Positions 54,025-64,000 of a DNA stretch of 64,000 nucleotides are shown here, piece after piece. Under the pieces are notes generated by a model. It was not told the origin of the DNA and did no database searches. It saw only the letters and a list, made by a program, of their open reading frames with translations. The stretch lies in NCBI GenBank assembly GCA_036782595.1, contig DAIPYT010000001.1, positions 97 to 64,096 on the forward strand, written 5' to 3'. Every line of letters begins with the position of its first letter. Within the stretch, counting starts at the first letter, position 1. This stretch comes from Mycobacterium sp. GTDB taxonomy: Bacteria > Actinomycetota > Actinomycetes > Mycobacteriales > Mycobacteriaceae. The position numbers and the translations under genes are program-made.

Positions 54025-55536
54025 GTGGCAGCCTCGCGAACCGATCCGGACACCCCACTGTGGCTCTTCGCCGATCAACTCGGCCCGCGGGTCTACGACG
54101 GTGACCACGCCCACCGGCCGGTGCTGCTGGTCGAGGCGGACTCGGCGCTGCGGCGGAGACGGTTTCACCGCCAGAAACTGCACCTGGTCGTCTCCGCACT
54201 GCGTCACGCCGACGCGGAACTAGGTGACCGCTCCACCCTGATCCGCGCCGCGACCTATCGGGAGGCGTTGCGCAGCTACGGCCGCCCGGTCCTGGTGCAC
54301 GAACCCACCTCATACGCCGCGGAAGAGTTCGTCCACCGATTACGCCAGGACGGACTGGTCGCCGATATCCTGCCCACGCCGACCTTCGCTTTGTCCCGGG
54401 CCGAGTTTCAACAGTGGGCCATCGGGAAAGACGGCAAGCCCCGCACCAGGTTCCGGATGGAGGACTTCTACCGCGAGCAGCGGCGCCGCTTCGAGGTGCT
54501 GATGGACGCCGACCAGCCGGTGGGCGGCCGGTGGAACTTCGACACCGACAATCGGGAGCCGCCGCCCAAGGGGAGCCGGGTGTTGGACGTCGAGCCGCCG
54601 TACCGGCCCGACGAGGACGAGATCGATGCGCAGGTTCGCCGAGACCTCGACGAGATGGGGCTTCCGACCGTCGGTGTGGACGGGCCGCGGCTGTTCGCGG
54701 TGACGCCCGCCGAGGCGCAGCGCGCCCTGCAGCACTTCATCGACCGCCGGCTGGGTGCGTTCGGCCGCTACGAGGACGCGATGCTCAGCGAGGACTGGGC
54801 CATGTCACATTCCCTGCTGTCGGTACCACTGAATCTCGGTGTGCTGCATCCGCTGGATGCGGTGCACGCGGCGGAGCAGGCCTACCGGAACGGCGCGGCA
54901 CCGCTGGCTGCCGTCGAGGGATTCATCCGCCAGATTCTCGGCTGGCGGGAATACATGTGGCAGCTCTACTGGCATTTCGGTCCGGAATACCTCGACAACA
55001 ACCAGCTCGGCGCCCACACCGAACTGCCGGACTGGTGGACCGGACTGGACGCCGACGCGGTCAGTGCCGAATGCCTGCGCCAGGCACTGGCGGGGGTCCG
55101 CGACCGAGGCTGGGCTCATCACATCCAGCGGCTGATGGTCCTGGGCAGTCACGCCCTTCAACGCGGATATGACCCCCGCGCTCTGTCCGAGTGGTTCTCC
55201 ACCGCCTTCGTCGACGGCTTCGGATGGGTGATGCCGACCAACGTCATCGGCATGAGCCAGCACGCCGATGGCGGGAAGGTGGCCACCAAGCCGTACACCT
55301 CCGGCGGCGCCTACATCAACAAGATGAGCGACCACTGCGGCAACTGCCGGTTCGACCCGAAGAAGCGACTCGGTGCGGACGCCTGTCCGTTCACGGCGGG
55401 CTATTGGGCCTTCACCCACCGCCACGCCGATCTGCTCGCGGGGAATATGCGGACCGCCCGAGCCGTATCGTCGATGAAGCGTCTCGCCGATCTCGACGCG
55501 GTGCTGGAGCAGGAACGGCATCGGCAGTCCTACTGA
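54025..55536 (+). CDS. Cryptochrome/photolyase of the FeS-BCP (PhrB/CryB, 6-4) class
   Basis: 'DQL', 'HRQKL', 'GGRWNFD..NR', 'YEDAM', 'EGFIRQILGWREY', 'HHIQRLM', Cys in 'AECL' and 'MSDHCGNC...ACPF'. Confidence 0.92.
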   Translation: MAASRTDPDTPLWLFADQLGPRVYDGDHAHRPVLLVEADSALRRRRFHRQKLHLVVSALRHADAELGDRSTLIRAATYREALRSYGRPVLVHEPTSYAAEEFVHRLRQDGLVADILPTPTFALSRAEFQQWAIGKDGKPRTRFRMEDFYREQRRRFEVLMDADQPVGGRWNFDTDNREPPPKGSRVLDVEPPYRPDEDEIDAQVRRDLDEMGLPTVGVDGPRLFAVTPAEAQRALQHFIDRRLGAFGRYEDAMLSEDWAMSHSLLSVPLNLGVLHPLDAVHAAEQAYRNGAAPLAAVEGFIRQILGWREYMWQLYWHFGPEYLDNNQLGAHTELPDWWTGLDADAVSAECLRQALAGVRDRGWAHHIQRLMVLGSHALQRGYDPRALSEWFSTAFVDGFGWVMPTNVIGMSQHADGGKVATKPYTSGGAYINKMSDHCGNCRFDPKKRLGADACPFTAGYWAFTHRHADLLAGNMRTARAVSSMKRLADLDAVLEQERHRQSY

Positions 55537-55630
55537 AACGACCCGCTCAGCACCCCGCGGTGAAACATCACCGCAGCTGCCGGCGATACACCGTTGAAGT
55601 ATGTTCGAACCAGTACAGGAAGGTTTCGAC

Positions 55631-56080
55631 GTGCGGAAACTCATGCTCGCCGCCGGCAGAGCGGCAACCGCCGCCGCGGCGGCGACGGCTTTGGGCCTGG
55701 GCATGGGTCTGGGGGTCGGTACCGGCCAGGCCGCCCCGGGAGACACCAACACCACCCTCAATGTGGTCGGCGAACCCTACGCGAAGGCGGTGGCGATCCT
55801 GCGCGCCCAAGGGGTGAAGGCAAGCTTCGGTGGAGCGGTCGGCAGCGACGTACCGCAGGCCCAATGCATCGTGAGTAGCCAAAAGGTGCTCAGCGCCTCC
55901 CAAAAGATGCTGTTGAACCTGGACTGCACCGCAGAAGCCCAACCCGAGGCGCCGGCCACGTCGGGGACTTCGGGCACATCGGGGACTTCAGGGACGTCAG
56001 GCGCTTCGACCGCCGACACCGCCCGGCCCACCCCCGGAGCGCCCGGAGTGGTGACCGTAGCGCCGAAACCGGTCGGCTGA
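55631..56080 (+). CDS. Small secreted protein with a PASTA-like domain and Ser/Thr/Gly repeat tail
   Basis: Signal peptide; 'NVVGEPYAKAVAIL...G'; Cys pair; (TSG)n tail; GTG after AGGAAGG. Confidence 0.7.
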   Translation: MRKLMLAAGRAATAAAAATALGLGMGLGVGTGQAAPGDTNTTLNVVGEPYAKAVAILRAQGVKASFGGAVGSDVPQAQCIVSSQKVLSASQKMLLNLDCTAEAQPEAPATSGTSGTSGTSGTSGASTADTARPTPGAPGVVTVAPKPVG

Positions 56081-56121
56081 ACCTCCCCGGGAGCGCATTC
56101 GGCCCCGGTTAGACTCAGAGC

Positions 56122-57021
56122 ATGCTGCGGCCACGCCGTTTCACCAGGGAAGTCGACCCGGGCCCGGTCCAGATCCAGGCCCGTAACGTCGAGTTCGACG
56201 CGTCGGACTCTCCGTTGCACTGGATCCCCGATCACCCGGTGGCCTCCCATATGGTGAGCCTGCTCAATGTGGTGCTGCCAGCGGCCGAGCGGTGGTTCGT
56301 GACCACCTACAACGAGGCCCTTCCCCTGGTCAAAGACGAGCGACTGGCCGAGGACATGCGGGGCTTCATCGGCCAAGAAGCCGTCCACGCCGAAGCCCAC
56401 GAACGGATGCTGCACCAGTTCATGGAGGCCCGCGGGGTCAATCCCCAGCCGATCCTCACCCAGGTCGACTACGTGATCGGCAAGATCCTGGCTCCGAGCA
56501 CCTCCAAGAATCCCACGCGGCGGTACAACAACCTCTGCGAGCGGCTCTGGGTGATCGCGGCGATCGAGCACTACACCGCCGTGCTCGGCGATTTCGCCCT
56601 CAACTCCGCCTGGGACGACTTCGGCGCCGACCCGACGATGGTCGACCTGTTCCGCTGGCACGGCAGCGAGGAAGTCGAGCACCGCTGCGTCGCCCACGAC
56701 GTCGCCACCTACTTCAACGACAGCTACCTCGCCCGCATCCGAGCGATGGCGATGGCCGCGACCTTGATGTACGCATTCTTCGAGCGCGCCACCTATTACC
56801 TCTGCCGCACCGACCCCGATGCCCGGATGAGCTGGTGGCGGATGGAACGGCTGCGCATGCGCGACTCGAAGCTGAGGCTGCTGCCCGAGTTCCGCAAGGT
56901 CTTCGGCAGCACCACGCTGACCTACTTCCGCCGCGACTACTCGCCACTGGACGTCGGGTCCACCGCCCAGGCAGTGGCCTATCTCGCGAGCTCCCCCGCC
57001 GCCCGCGCCGCACACGTCTAG
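56122..57021 (+). CDS. 'Metal-dependent hydrolase' family protein with ferritin-like diiron motifs
   Basis: 'LPAAERWF', 'FIGQEAVH', 'AIEHYTA', 'WHGSEEVEHR.VA'. Confidence 0.88.
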   Translation: MLRPRRFTREVDPGPVQIQARNVEFDASDSPLHWIPDHPVASHMVSLLNVVLPAAERWFVTTYNEALPLVKDERLAEDMRGFIGQEAVHAEAHERMLHQFMEARGVNPQPILTQVDYVIGKILAPSTSKNPTRRYNNLCERLWVIAAIEHYTAVLGDFALNSAWDDFGADPTMVDLFRWHGSEEVEHRCVAHDVATYFNDSYLARIRAMAMAATLMYAFFERATYYLCRTDPDARMSWWRMERLRMRDSKLRLLPEFRKVFGSTTLTYFRRDYSPLDVGSTAQAVAYLASSPAARAAHV

Positions 57022-58091
57022 TGCTGGACCGTCTGCGCTCGGCCCCGACACCGTTGCTCGCCCTCGCCGACGCAGCGGTCGCCGGCCTCTGGGCGGTCAC
57101 CGGGCTACGGCGGCCGACCCTGCCTGCCGAACGTAACCGCACGCTGCGCCTGACCGTCCTGCACCGTCAGGTCGTCGCGCATGACGAGAATGTCGTCGCC
57201 CTCACCCTGGCGGCCGCAGACCGATCCCCACTGCCGGCCTGGCACCCCGGGGCACATCTGGACATCCACCTGCCCAGCGGCCGGGTCAGGCAGTACTCAC
57301 TGTGCGGTGACCCGTGCGCCCGTGCGGAGTACCGGATTGCGGTGCGCCGCATCCCTGACGGCGGCGGCGGCTCTATCGAAGTGCACGACGGGTTGCCGGT
57401 CGGGTCGACGATCACCACAAGTGGCCCCCGCAACGCCTTTCCGCTCAGCGTGCCCGGCCACGGTTCACCGACCAAGCGGCTGAGGTTCATCGCCGGCGGC
57501 ATCGGAATCACGCCGATCCTGCCGATGCTGGGCATGGCCGAACTCCTCGGCGTGGACTGGTCGATGGTCTACGTGGGCCGCAGCGCCGACAGCATTCCCT
57601 TCATCGACGAGGTGCGACGGTTCGGCGACCGCATCACCGTGCGGACCGATGACGTCGACGGCGTGCCGAACGCCGAGGACCTGCTCGGCGAATGTCACTC
57701 CGGTACAACGGTGTACGCATGTGGCCCGGCCGAGATGCTGACGGTGATCCGCAAGCGACTACTCGGACGCAATGACGTCGAACTGCACTTCGAACGATTC
57801 GCTGCCGCACCGGTCATCGACGGCGAACCGTTCACCGCCGTGGTGCGGTCTGGCCAGAGCGAAGTCCAGGTGTCCGCCGAGGAGACCCTGCTGGCCGCGT
57901 TGCAGCGCGCCGGGATCAGCCCTGCGTACTCATGCCAGCAGGGGTTCTGCGGCACCTGCCGCACCCGCGTGCTCGATGGCGTTGTGCAGCATCGGGATAC
58001 GCTGCTGACCGCGCCGGAACGCGACAGCGGAATGATGCTCATCTGCGTCTCACGGGCCGCCGCCGGCGAGCGCCTGACGCTGGATCTGTAG
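57021..58091 (+). CDS. PDR/VanB-family FMN/NAD(P)H/[2Fe-2S] reductase
   Basis: RQYSL, GGGS, AGGIGITP, HFERF, CQQGFCGTC...C; GTG overlaps the previous TAG. Confidence 0.93.
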   Translation: MLDRLRSAPTPLLALADAAVAGLWAVTGLRRPTLPAERNRTLRLTVLHRQVVAHDENVVALTLAAADRSPLPAWHPGAHLDIHLPSGRVRQYSLCGDPCARAEYRIAVRRIPDGGGGSIEVHDGLPVGSTITTSGPRNAFPLSVPGHGSPTKRLRFIAGGIGITPILPMLGMAELLGVDWSMVYVGRSADSIPFIDEVRRFGDRITVRTDDVDGVPNAEDLLGECHSGTTVYACGPAEMLTVIRKRLLGRNDVELHFERFAAAPVIDGEPFTAVVRSGQSEVQVSAEETLLAALQRAGISPAYSCQQGFCGTCRTRVLDGVVQHRDTLLTAPERDSGMMLICVSRAAAGERLTLDL

Positions 58092-58105
58092 CGCTTCGGA
58101 CGTAC

Positions 58106-58666
58106 TCAGGCGTCCCAGGCCGCGGCCACCTGGGTCGCGACGTCGATGATCTTCGCCTGCTGAGCGGCCGGGCTGTCGACCTCCTCGGCGACGTAGGCCG
58201 CAACGAAACGACGGATCTCCCCGTCAACCCCGCCGATGATCCGCACGATCTCACCGCGAAGCGATTTCGACGTCACATGTACCGCGATATCCGATGGCCG
58301 CGGTTTTGCGATATCGATGACGATCAGCAACGGTTCGGCAGCTCTGGCGGTGGCGCGCAAGGCGATGTCCCCGTCGACCATGAAGCGCTGTTTGTCCAGA
58401 CGCAAGTCCACGATCAACTCGATGAGCAGTGGGATACGTACGGCGAAGGTGATGGTCTCCCCCAGGCTGCGCCGAACGTGGGGCGCCTGGATCTGGACGC
58501 GCGCGGTGACCTTCGCCAGCCCGGCCGGCCCCTGCGCCATCGGCCCCATGGTGATTTCCCCGCCGGCGATCTCCCCAATCGCTGCGGCGACACGCTCCTC
58601 GGTGACTGCCTCCTCGAAGAACAGCCGGCCGAACTCCTCATAGGTGACGAAGTTGTGCGTGTGCAT
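58106..58666 (-). CDS. Hypothetical protein
   Basis: Natural amino-acid composition and codon usage; fills the gap on the minus strand; no motif recognised. Confidence 0.75.
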   Translation of the reverse strand: MHTHNFVTYEEFGRLFFEEAVTEERVAAAIGEIAGGEITMGPMAQGPAGLAKVTARVQIQAPHVRRSLGETITFAVRIPLLIELIVDLRLDKQRFMVDGDIALRATARAAEPLLIVIDIAKPRPSDIAVHVTSKSLRGEIVRIIGGVDGEIRRFVAAYVAEEVDSPAAQQAKIIDVATQVAAAWDA

Positions 58667-58744
58667 AGCGATTCACTGTCTCATGTCTGCGGCCAGCGGC
58701 CGCAGAGCGGCACGGTAACAAATCAAGCGGCCCAGGCTGCCGGG

Positions 58745-59176
58745 TCACATTTCCAGCATCACCGTGACCGGCCCGTCATTGACCAGCTCGATCTGCATGT
58801 GCGCACCGAAGGCGCCGGTCGAGACCTCCGCCCCCAACAGCCGCAGAGCGGCGGCAAAGGAATCCACCAGAGGTTCGGCCAGCGCCGCCGGAGCAGCCGC
58901 GTTCCAGGACGGCCGCCGACCCTTCACCGTATTGGCATACAACGTGAATTGACTCACTACCAGTATCGGCGCACCGACATCGCAAGCCGAGCGCTGTTCG
59001 TCGAGAATCCTTAACTGCCAGAGCTTTTCGGCCATTCGCCGGGCGACCGAAGGGTCGTCGTCATGGGTCACTCCGACCAGCGCCAACAAGCCCTGGCCGT
59101 CCGGCTTGATCGAGCCGACCACATGGCCGTCCACCGTCACCGAGGCGGTGGTGACGCGCTGAACCAGGACTCGCAC
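58745..59176 (-). CDS. dtd: D-aminoacyl-tRNA deacylase
   Basis: 'RVLVQRV', SQFTL, NDGPVT. Confidence 0.96.
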   Translation of the reverse strand: MRVLVQRVTTASVTVDGHVVGSIKPDGQGLLALVGVTHDDDPSVARRMAEKLWQLRILDEQRSACDVGAPILVVSQFTLYANTVKGRRPSWNAAAPAALAEPLVDSFAAALRLLGAEVSTGAFGAHMQIELVNDGPVTVMLEM

Positions 59177-59177
59177 G

Positions 59178-60614
59178 TCAGTGTGCGGTGCGCGAGGTCC
59201 CGTACCCCACGATGCCCTTGGTCTCCAGGTATTCGGCGAAGCCGAATTCGCCCCACTCCCGGCCGTTTCCGCTGTGCCGGTAGCCGCCGAACGGTGCGTT
59301 GATGTCGAGGGCGTGGTTGATCGAGACCGTCCCGGCCCGGATCCGGCGTGCCAGTGCCCGGGCCTGGTCGAGATCGGCACCGGAGACATAGCCGTACAAC
59401 CCGTAGTCGGTGTCATTACCGATGGCGACGGCCTGATCCAGGTCGTCATAGCCCAGGATGCACAACACCGGGCCGAAGATCTCCTCGCGGGCGATGGTCA
59501 TCTCATTGTCGACGTTGGCGAACACCGTCGGGCGTACGTAGTAGCCGACGTCCAGGCCGTCGGGCCGTCCGGGTCCGCCGGCGACCACCTCGGCACCCTC
59601 GTCGATACCGGCCTGGATGAGCCGCTGAATCTTGTCGTACTGGGCGCGTGAGGCGACCGGGCCTATCGCGGTGGGATCTGCGGGGTCACCGACTTTGACC
59701 TGCGTGGCGGCTGCTTGGGCGATGCTCGCCGCCTCCTGCATCCGGGCGCGGGGCACCAGCATGCGCGAGGGTGCGTTACAACTCTGGCCGCTGTTGAGCA
59801 TCATCGAGGCCACACCGGCGGCGACGCTGCCGGCGAACGACTCGTCGTCCATCACGATGTTCGGGCTCTTGCCCCCGAGTTCCTGGGCGACCCGCTTGAC
59901 GGTGGGTGCGGCGTTGCGCGCGACCTCGATCCCGGCGCGGGTGGATCCGGTGAACGACACCATGTCGATCCCGGCGTGACTGGACAGCGCCGCTCCGACT
60001 CCCGGTCCGTCGCCATGGACCATGTTGTACACCCCGGCGGGGACGCCCGCGGCGTCGATGACCTCGGTGAAGACCTGCCCGGAGAAGGGTGCCACCTCCG
60101 AGGGCTTGAGAATCATGGTGCAGCCGGCCGCGAGCGCGGGGAAGACCTTGCACGCGATCTGGTTGAGCGGCCAGTTCCAGGGGGTGATCATCCCGACCAC
60201 GCCGATGGGTTCCCGGACTACCAGAGTGGGACCGCGACTCGACTCGAAGTCGAAGTTCTTCAGGACGTCGATCGCCGTGGCCAGATGCCCCACACCCATC
60301 TGGACCTGGGGACCGGCGGCCAGCGCCGGTGGGGCACCCATTTCCTCGGTGACCGCCTCTGCCAGGTCCCCGGAGCGCCGCTGATATTGCGAGAGCAGCG
60401 ACTGGAGCAGATCCAGGCGCACCTCGCGACTGCTCTGCGACCAACTTCCGAAAGCGGCCCGCGCGGCAGTGACGGCTCTGTCCACATCGGCGGAGGAACC
60501 GATCGCGATCTTCCCGCAAACCCGTTCGGTGGCGGGGTTCTCCACGTCGATGACCCGCAGTTCCACCGGATCCACCCACTGGCCATCGATGTAGAACCGC
60601 AAATACTCGCGCAC
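59178..60614 (-). CDS. NAD(P)-dependent aldehyde dehydrogenase
   Basis: PWNWP, KPSE, FTGS, ELGGKS, NSGQSC, EEIFGP; start could be 60623. Confidence 0.95.
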   Translation of the reverse strand: MREYLRFYIDGQWVDPVELRVIDVENPATERVCGKIAIGSSADVDRAVTAARAAFGSWSQSSREVRLDLLQSLLSQYQRRSGDLAEAVTEEMGAPPALAAGPQVQMGVGHLATAIDVLKNFDFESSRGPTLVVREPIGVVGMITPWNWPLNQIACKVFPALAAGCTMILKPSEVAPFSGQVFTEVIDAAGVPAGVYNMVHGDGPGVGAALSSHAGIDMVSFTGSTRAGIEVARNAAPTVKRVAQELGGKSPNIVMDDESFAGSVAAGVASMMLNSGQSCNAPSRMLVPRARMQEAASIAQAAATQVKVGDPADPTAIGPVASRAQYDKIQRLIQAGIDEGAEVVAGGPGRPDGLDVGYYVRPTVFANVDNEMTIAREEIFGPVLCILGYDDLDQAVAIGNDTDYGLYGYVSGADLDQARALARRIRAGTVSINHALDINAPFGGYRHSGNGREWGEFGFAEYLETKGIVGYGTSRTAH

Positions 60615-60890
60615 GAACACCATCCTGCCCGATGTGATGGACGACACGTCGGCAAAAGCGATTCGGCGTCTACCCCGAGGTCTCGAAATGGCTGATGGAC
60701 ATAACACTGGCGACACGTACGCATTAAAGACACTGTTAAAACACGGATTTGCTGTCTCGGATTCGTCTCGTCCACCGCATTTCCTTGATGCGAAATAGGA
60801 TCTACCAGCTCAATCAGGGCTAATTCGGCCCAAAGTGAGTGCCGCCACAGATTTTGAGAAAATGCCAAAACTGTTGTTAGCGTTTTTCAC

Positions 60891-61580
60891 ATGTTTGCTA
60901 TCGCGGCCTTGATGTCGCTTCTTTCGCAAGTGTCCGGTACGCCGTATATTCCCGGTGGCGACACTCCGGCCGGTACGGATTGCTCGGGACTGGCGTCATG
61001 GGTCGCCAACGTGGCGTCCGGCCGCCCGGCCTTCGGCAGCAGGTTCAACACCGGCAACATGGAATCGGCTCTGCTGGCTCGCGGCTTTCACTACGGAACG
61101 GCGCCCAACTCAGTGGTGATCGGGTGGAACGGCGGCCATGCCGCAGTGACACTGCCCGACGGCACTCCGGTGTCCAGCGGTGAAAGCGGCACCGGTGTGC
61201 GCGTCGGCGGCGGTGGCGCCTACCAGCCGCAGTTCACCCAGCACATGTATCTGCCGGTCCAGGCCGAACAGATGAACACCGAAGAGATGAACACCGAAGA
61301 GATGAACACCGAGCCGGCCCCGGCCGATGCGGTACCGCCCGGCCCCGATGCGCCGCCACCTGCTGCGCCGGACCCGGCCGTCGTTCCCGTTCCGGGTCCC
61401 GAGCAGGCCATTCCTGCCCCCGAGCCGGCCGCCGCTCCCGAGCCGGCCCTCGAGCAGGCCCCGGCCCCGGCCCCGGCCCCGGCCCCTGAGCCGGCCCCGC
61501 CGGCCGACGGGGTGCAGCAGGCCTCGGTGATCGACCTCGCGGGACAAGGCCCCTTGCCGGGTCCCCCGCCCGCCATCTAG
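60891..61580 (+). CDS. NlpC/P60-like peptidoglycan endopeptidase with Pro/Ala-rich tail
   Basis: 'GTPY..GG.....DCSG', 'GGHAAV'; ATG lies 7 nt after TAGCGT. Confidence 0.82.
   Translation: MFAIAALMSLLSQVSGTPYIPGGDTPAGTDCSGLASWVANVASGRPAFGSRFNTGNMESALLARGFHYGTAPNSVVIGWNGGHAAVTLPDGTPVSSGESGTGVRVGGGGAYQPQFTQHMYLPVQAEQMNTEEMNTEEMNTEPAPADAVPPGPDAPPPAAPDPAVVPVPGPEQAIPAPEPAAAPEPALEQAPAPAPAPAPEPAPPADGVQQASVIDLAGQGPLPGPPPAI
61270..61312 (+). repeat. 15-bp in-frame tandem repeat, three copies (MNTEE)
   Basis: AGATGAACACCGAAG at 61270 and 61285, near-complete third copy at 61300. Confidence 0.9.
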
Positions 61581-61607
61581 GGCTCTGGCGCATCTAGGGC
61601 TCTGGCG
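61574..61607. repeat. Exact 17-bp tandem duplication spanning a stop codon
   Basis: CATCTAGGGCTCTGGCG twice. Confidence 0.9.
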
Positions 61608-61689
61608 CAGGGCCGTACCCGCCCGGGATAATCGGATGTGTGGGGGGTTAGATGAAACTCACAGCCGGCGAACCCGATTAGGAGCAGCC

Positions 61690-63975
61690 ATGTCGATTGT
61701 CGAAGCGGACGCACCCACCCAGTTCGGGCAGGAGGTGGCAGACACCCAGCGGTACTTCGAGGGTCCGCGATTCGCCGGAATCACCCGCCTCTACACCGCC
61801 CGCCAGGTGGTCGAACAGCGCGGGACGATCCCGGTGGATTACACCGTCGCGCGGGAGACCTCCGCCGCCTTCTACGCACGGCTGCGAGAACTGTTCGGTC
61901 AGCGCAAGTCGATCACCACCTTCGGCCCGTACTCCCCCGGGCAGGCGGTGACGATGAAGCGTTGCGGAATCGAGGGCATCTATCTGGGCGGCTGGGCCAC
62001 GTCGGCGAAGGGATCCACCACCGAGGACCCCGGCCCGGATCTGGCGAGCTACCCGCTGAGCCAGGTGCCCGACGAGGCGGCCGGACTGGTCCGTGCGCTG
62101 TTGACCGCGGACCGCAACCAGCAGTATCTGCGGCTGCAGATGACCCCCGAACAACGGAGTGCAACGCCCGCCGTCGATTTCCGGCCGTTCATCATCGCCG
62201 ACGCCGATACCGGACACGGTGGAGATCCCCATGTGCGCAACCTGATTCGCCGATTCGTCGAAGCCGGCGTCACCGGCTACCACATCGAGGATCAGCGGCC
62301 GGGAACCAAGAAATGCGGCCACCAGGGCGGCAAGGTGTTGGTTCCGTCCGATGAACAGATCAAACGGCTCAACACCGCGCGATTCCAGCTCGACGTCATG
62401 GGTGTGCCCGGCATCATCGTGGCCCGCACCGACGCCGAGGCGGCCAACCTCATCGACGGCCGCGCCGACGAGCGCGACCAGCCGTTCCTGCTCGGTGCCA
62501 CCAACCTATCCGTGCCGCCGTATAAGGCGTGCTTCCTTGCCATGCTGCGGCGTTTCCACAGTCAGGGCGTGACCGAACTCAACGGCCATCTGCTCTACGC
62601 GCTTCCGGACGGCGAATACGCCGCGGCCGACGGGTGGCTTGCCAGCCGCGGGATCACCGCACTCATCGACGAAGCCGCGGCCGCTTGGACCGCCAGCCGC
62701 GAGGGTTCACTCGACGTGCTGTTCGACAAGGTGGAATCGCAGTTCATCGACGCCTGGCAGTCCGACGCCGGCCTGGACACCTACGGCAACGCCGTGGCCG
62801 AGGTGCTGCGCTTCAAGGACGCCGAGGGCGAGGCGCTGGCGATGAAACCCGCCGACTGGGTCGAGTTCGCCGCGACCGCCTCCCTGTACGCCGCCCGGCA
62901 GAAGGCCGCGCAGCTCGGTGTGGACGCCCCGTGGGACTGCGAGTTGGCCAGAACGCCGGAGGGTTACTACCAGGTGCGCGGCGGCATCCCCTACGCGATC
63001 GCGAAATCCCTTGCGGCCGCGCCCTTCGCGGATCTGCTGTGGATGGAGACCAAAACCGCCGACCTGGCCGATGCCCGGGAATTCGCCGAGGCCGTCCATG
63101 CGGTGTACCCGGACATGATGCTCGCCTACAACCTGTCCCCCTCGTTCAACTGGGACACCACCGGAATGTCCGAGGACGAGATGCGGGCCTTCCCCGAGGA
63201 ACTCGGCAAGATGGGCTTCGTCTTCAACTTCATGACCTACGGCGGCCATCAGGTCGACGGCGTCGCCGCCGAGGAGTTCGCCACCGCGCTGCGCCAAGAC
63301 GGCATGTTGGCCCTCGCCCGGCTGCAACGCAAGATGCGGCTGGTCGAATCCCCCTACCGGACACCGCAAACCCTCGTCGGTGGCCCACGCAGCGATGCGG
63401 CCCTGGCCGCCTCCTCCGGCCGCACCGCGACCACCAAGGCCATGGGCAAGGGGTCAACCCAGGTCCAGCACCTGGTACAGACCGAGGTTCCCAAGAAGCT
63501 GCTGGAGGACTGGCTGGCGCTGTGGAGCGAGCACTACAAGCTCGGCGAACGGCTGCGGGTGCAGCTTCGGCCGCGTCGCGCCGGCTCGAATCTGCTCGAG
63601 CTGACCATTTTCGGGGACACCGACGACGAGAAACTGGCCGATGTGGTGTTCGACCCGATCACCGACCGCCAGGGCCGCAGCATCCTGACGGTGCGCGACC
63701 AGAACACCTATTCGGCCAAGCTTCGCCAGAAGCGGCTGATGACTCTGGTCCACCTGTGGCTGGTGCATCGGTTCAAAGCCGACGCGGTCTACTACGTGAC
63801 GCCGACCGAGGACAACAAGTACCAGACCGAGAAGATGCAGGCGCACGGCATTTTCAGCAACGTCAACAAGGATGTCGGGGAGATCATCGTCGCCGACATC
63901 AACCATGCCCGGATCGCCGAACTCCTTGCCCCGGATCACAAGGCGCTGCAGAAGCTGATCCGCAAGGAGAACTAG
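61690..63975 (+). CDS. aceA: Isocitrate lyase 2 (long form, intact)
   Basis: [29 protein letters not shown]-terminal extra domain; ATG after AGGAG. Confidence 0.96.
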   Translation: MSIVEADAPTQFGQEVADTQRYFEGPRFAGITRLYTARQVVEQRGTIPVDYTVARETSAAFYARLRELFGQRKSITTFGPYSPGQAVTMKRCGIEGIYLGGWATSAKGSTTEDPGPDLASYPLSQVPDEAAGLVRALLTADRNQQYLRLQMTPEQRSATPAVDFRPFIIADADTGHGGDPHVRNLIRRFVEAGVTGYHIEDQRPGTKKCGHQGGKVLVPSDEQIKRLNTARFQLDVMGVPGIIVARTDAEAANLIDGRADERDQPFLLGATNLSVPPYKACFLAMLRRFHSQGVTELNGHLLYALPDGEYAAADGWLASRGITALIDEAAAAWTASREGSLDVLFDKVESQFIDAWQSDAGLDTYGNAVAEVLRFKDAEGEALAMKPADWVEFAATASLYAARQKAAQLGVDAPWDCELARTPEGYYQVRGGIPYAIAKSLAAAPFADLLWMETKTADLADAREFAEAVHAVYPDMMLAYNLSPSFNWDTTGMSEDEMRAFPEELGKMGFVFNFMTYGGHQVDGVAAEEFATALRQDGMLALARLQRKMRLVESPYRTPQTLVGGPRSDAALAASSGRTATTKAMGKGSTQVQHLVQTEVPKKLLEDWLALWSEHYKLGERLRVQLRPRRAGSNLLELTIFGDTDDEKLADVVFDPITDRQGRSILTVRDQNTYSAKLRQKRLMTLVHLWLVHRFKADAVYYVTPTEDNKYQTEKMQAHGIFSNVNKDVGEIIVADINHARIAELLAPDHKALQKLIRKEN

Positions 63976-64000
63976 CTCCCCCGACCGCTCTCTCCGGTCA

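Noticed and set aside
56292..57020. Possible hydrolase-reductase fusion or frameshift
   Set aside because: Two separate genes joined by a TAGTG overlap; the upstream part of the 599-aa ORF is off-frame

Overview
High-GC mycobacterial (Mycobacterium/Mycolicibacterium-type, probably fast-growing environmental) chromosomal window. Much of it runs collinear, in reverse order, with the M. tuberculosis Rv1861-Rv1814 block as I recall it: apa, modC/modB, F420 LLM, ndh, PaaI, blaI/blaR, gnd, guaB1, two CNNM genes, glcB, gcvP with a tandem glycine riboswitch, two MerR genes, garA, gcvH, pgsA2, secA2, bacA, Rv1817, Rv1815 and erg3. It is flanked by a P450/TetR catabolic cluster on the left and by malQ, dtd, icl2 and accessory genes on the right. 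I found no rRNA, tRNA, CRISPR array, transposase or integrase. The most interesting signals are: (1) a receptor class III cyclase and a cNMP-domain MscS channel whose nucleotide motifs both look degenerate; (2) a ferritin-like diiron 'hydrolase' translationally coupled to a PDR-type reductase; (3) an orphan PrrB-like kinase in the usual urease slot; (4) tandem bacA copies, one with a Walker A K-to-R change; (5) a GT4 glycosyltransferase in the ilvG slot; (6) an apparent scar of a lost Rv1823-Rv1825 block that now looks like the gcvH promoter; (7) modBC without modA. Ortholog and synteny statements are from memory and were not checked by any search.
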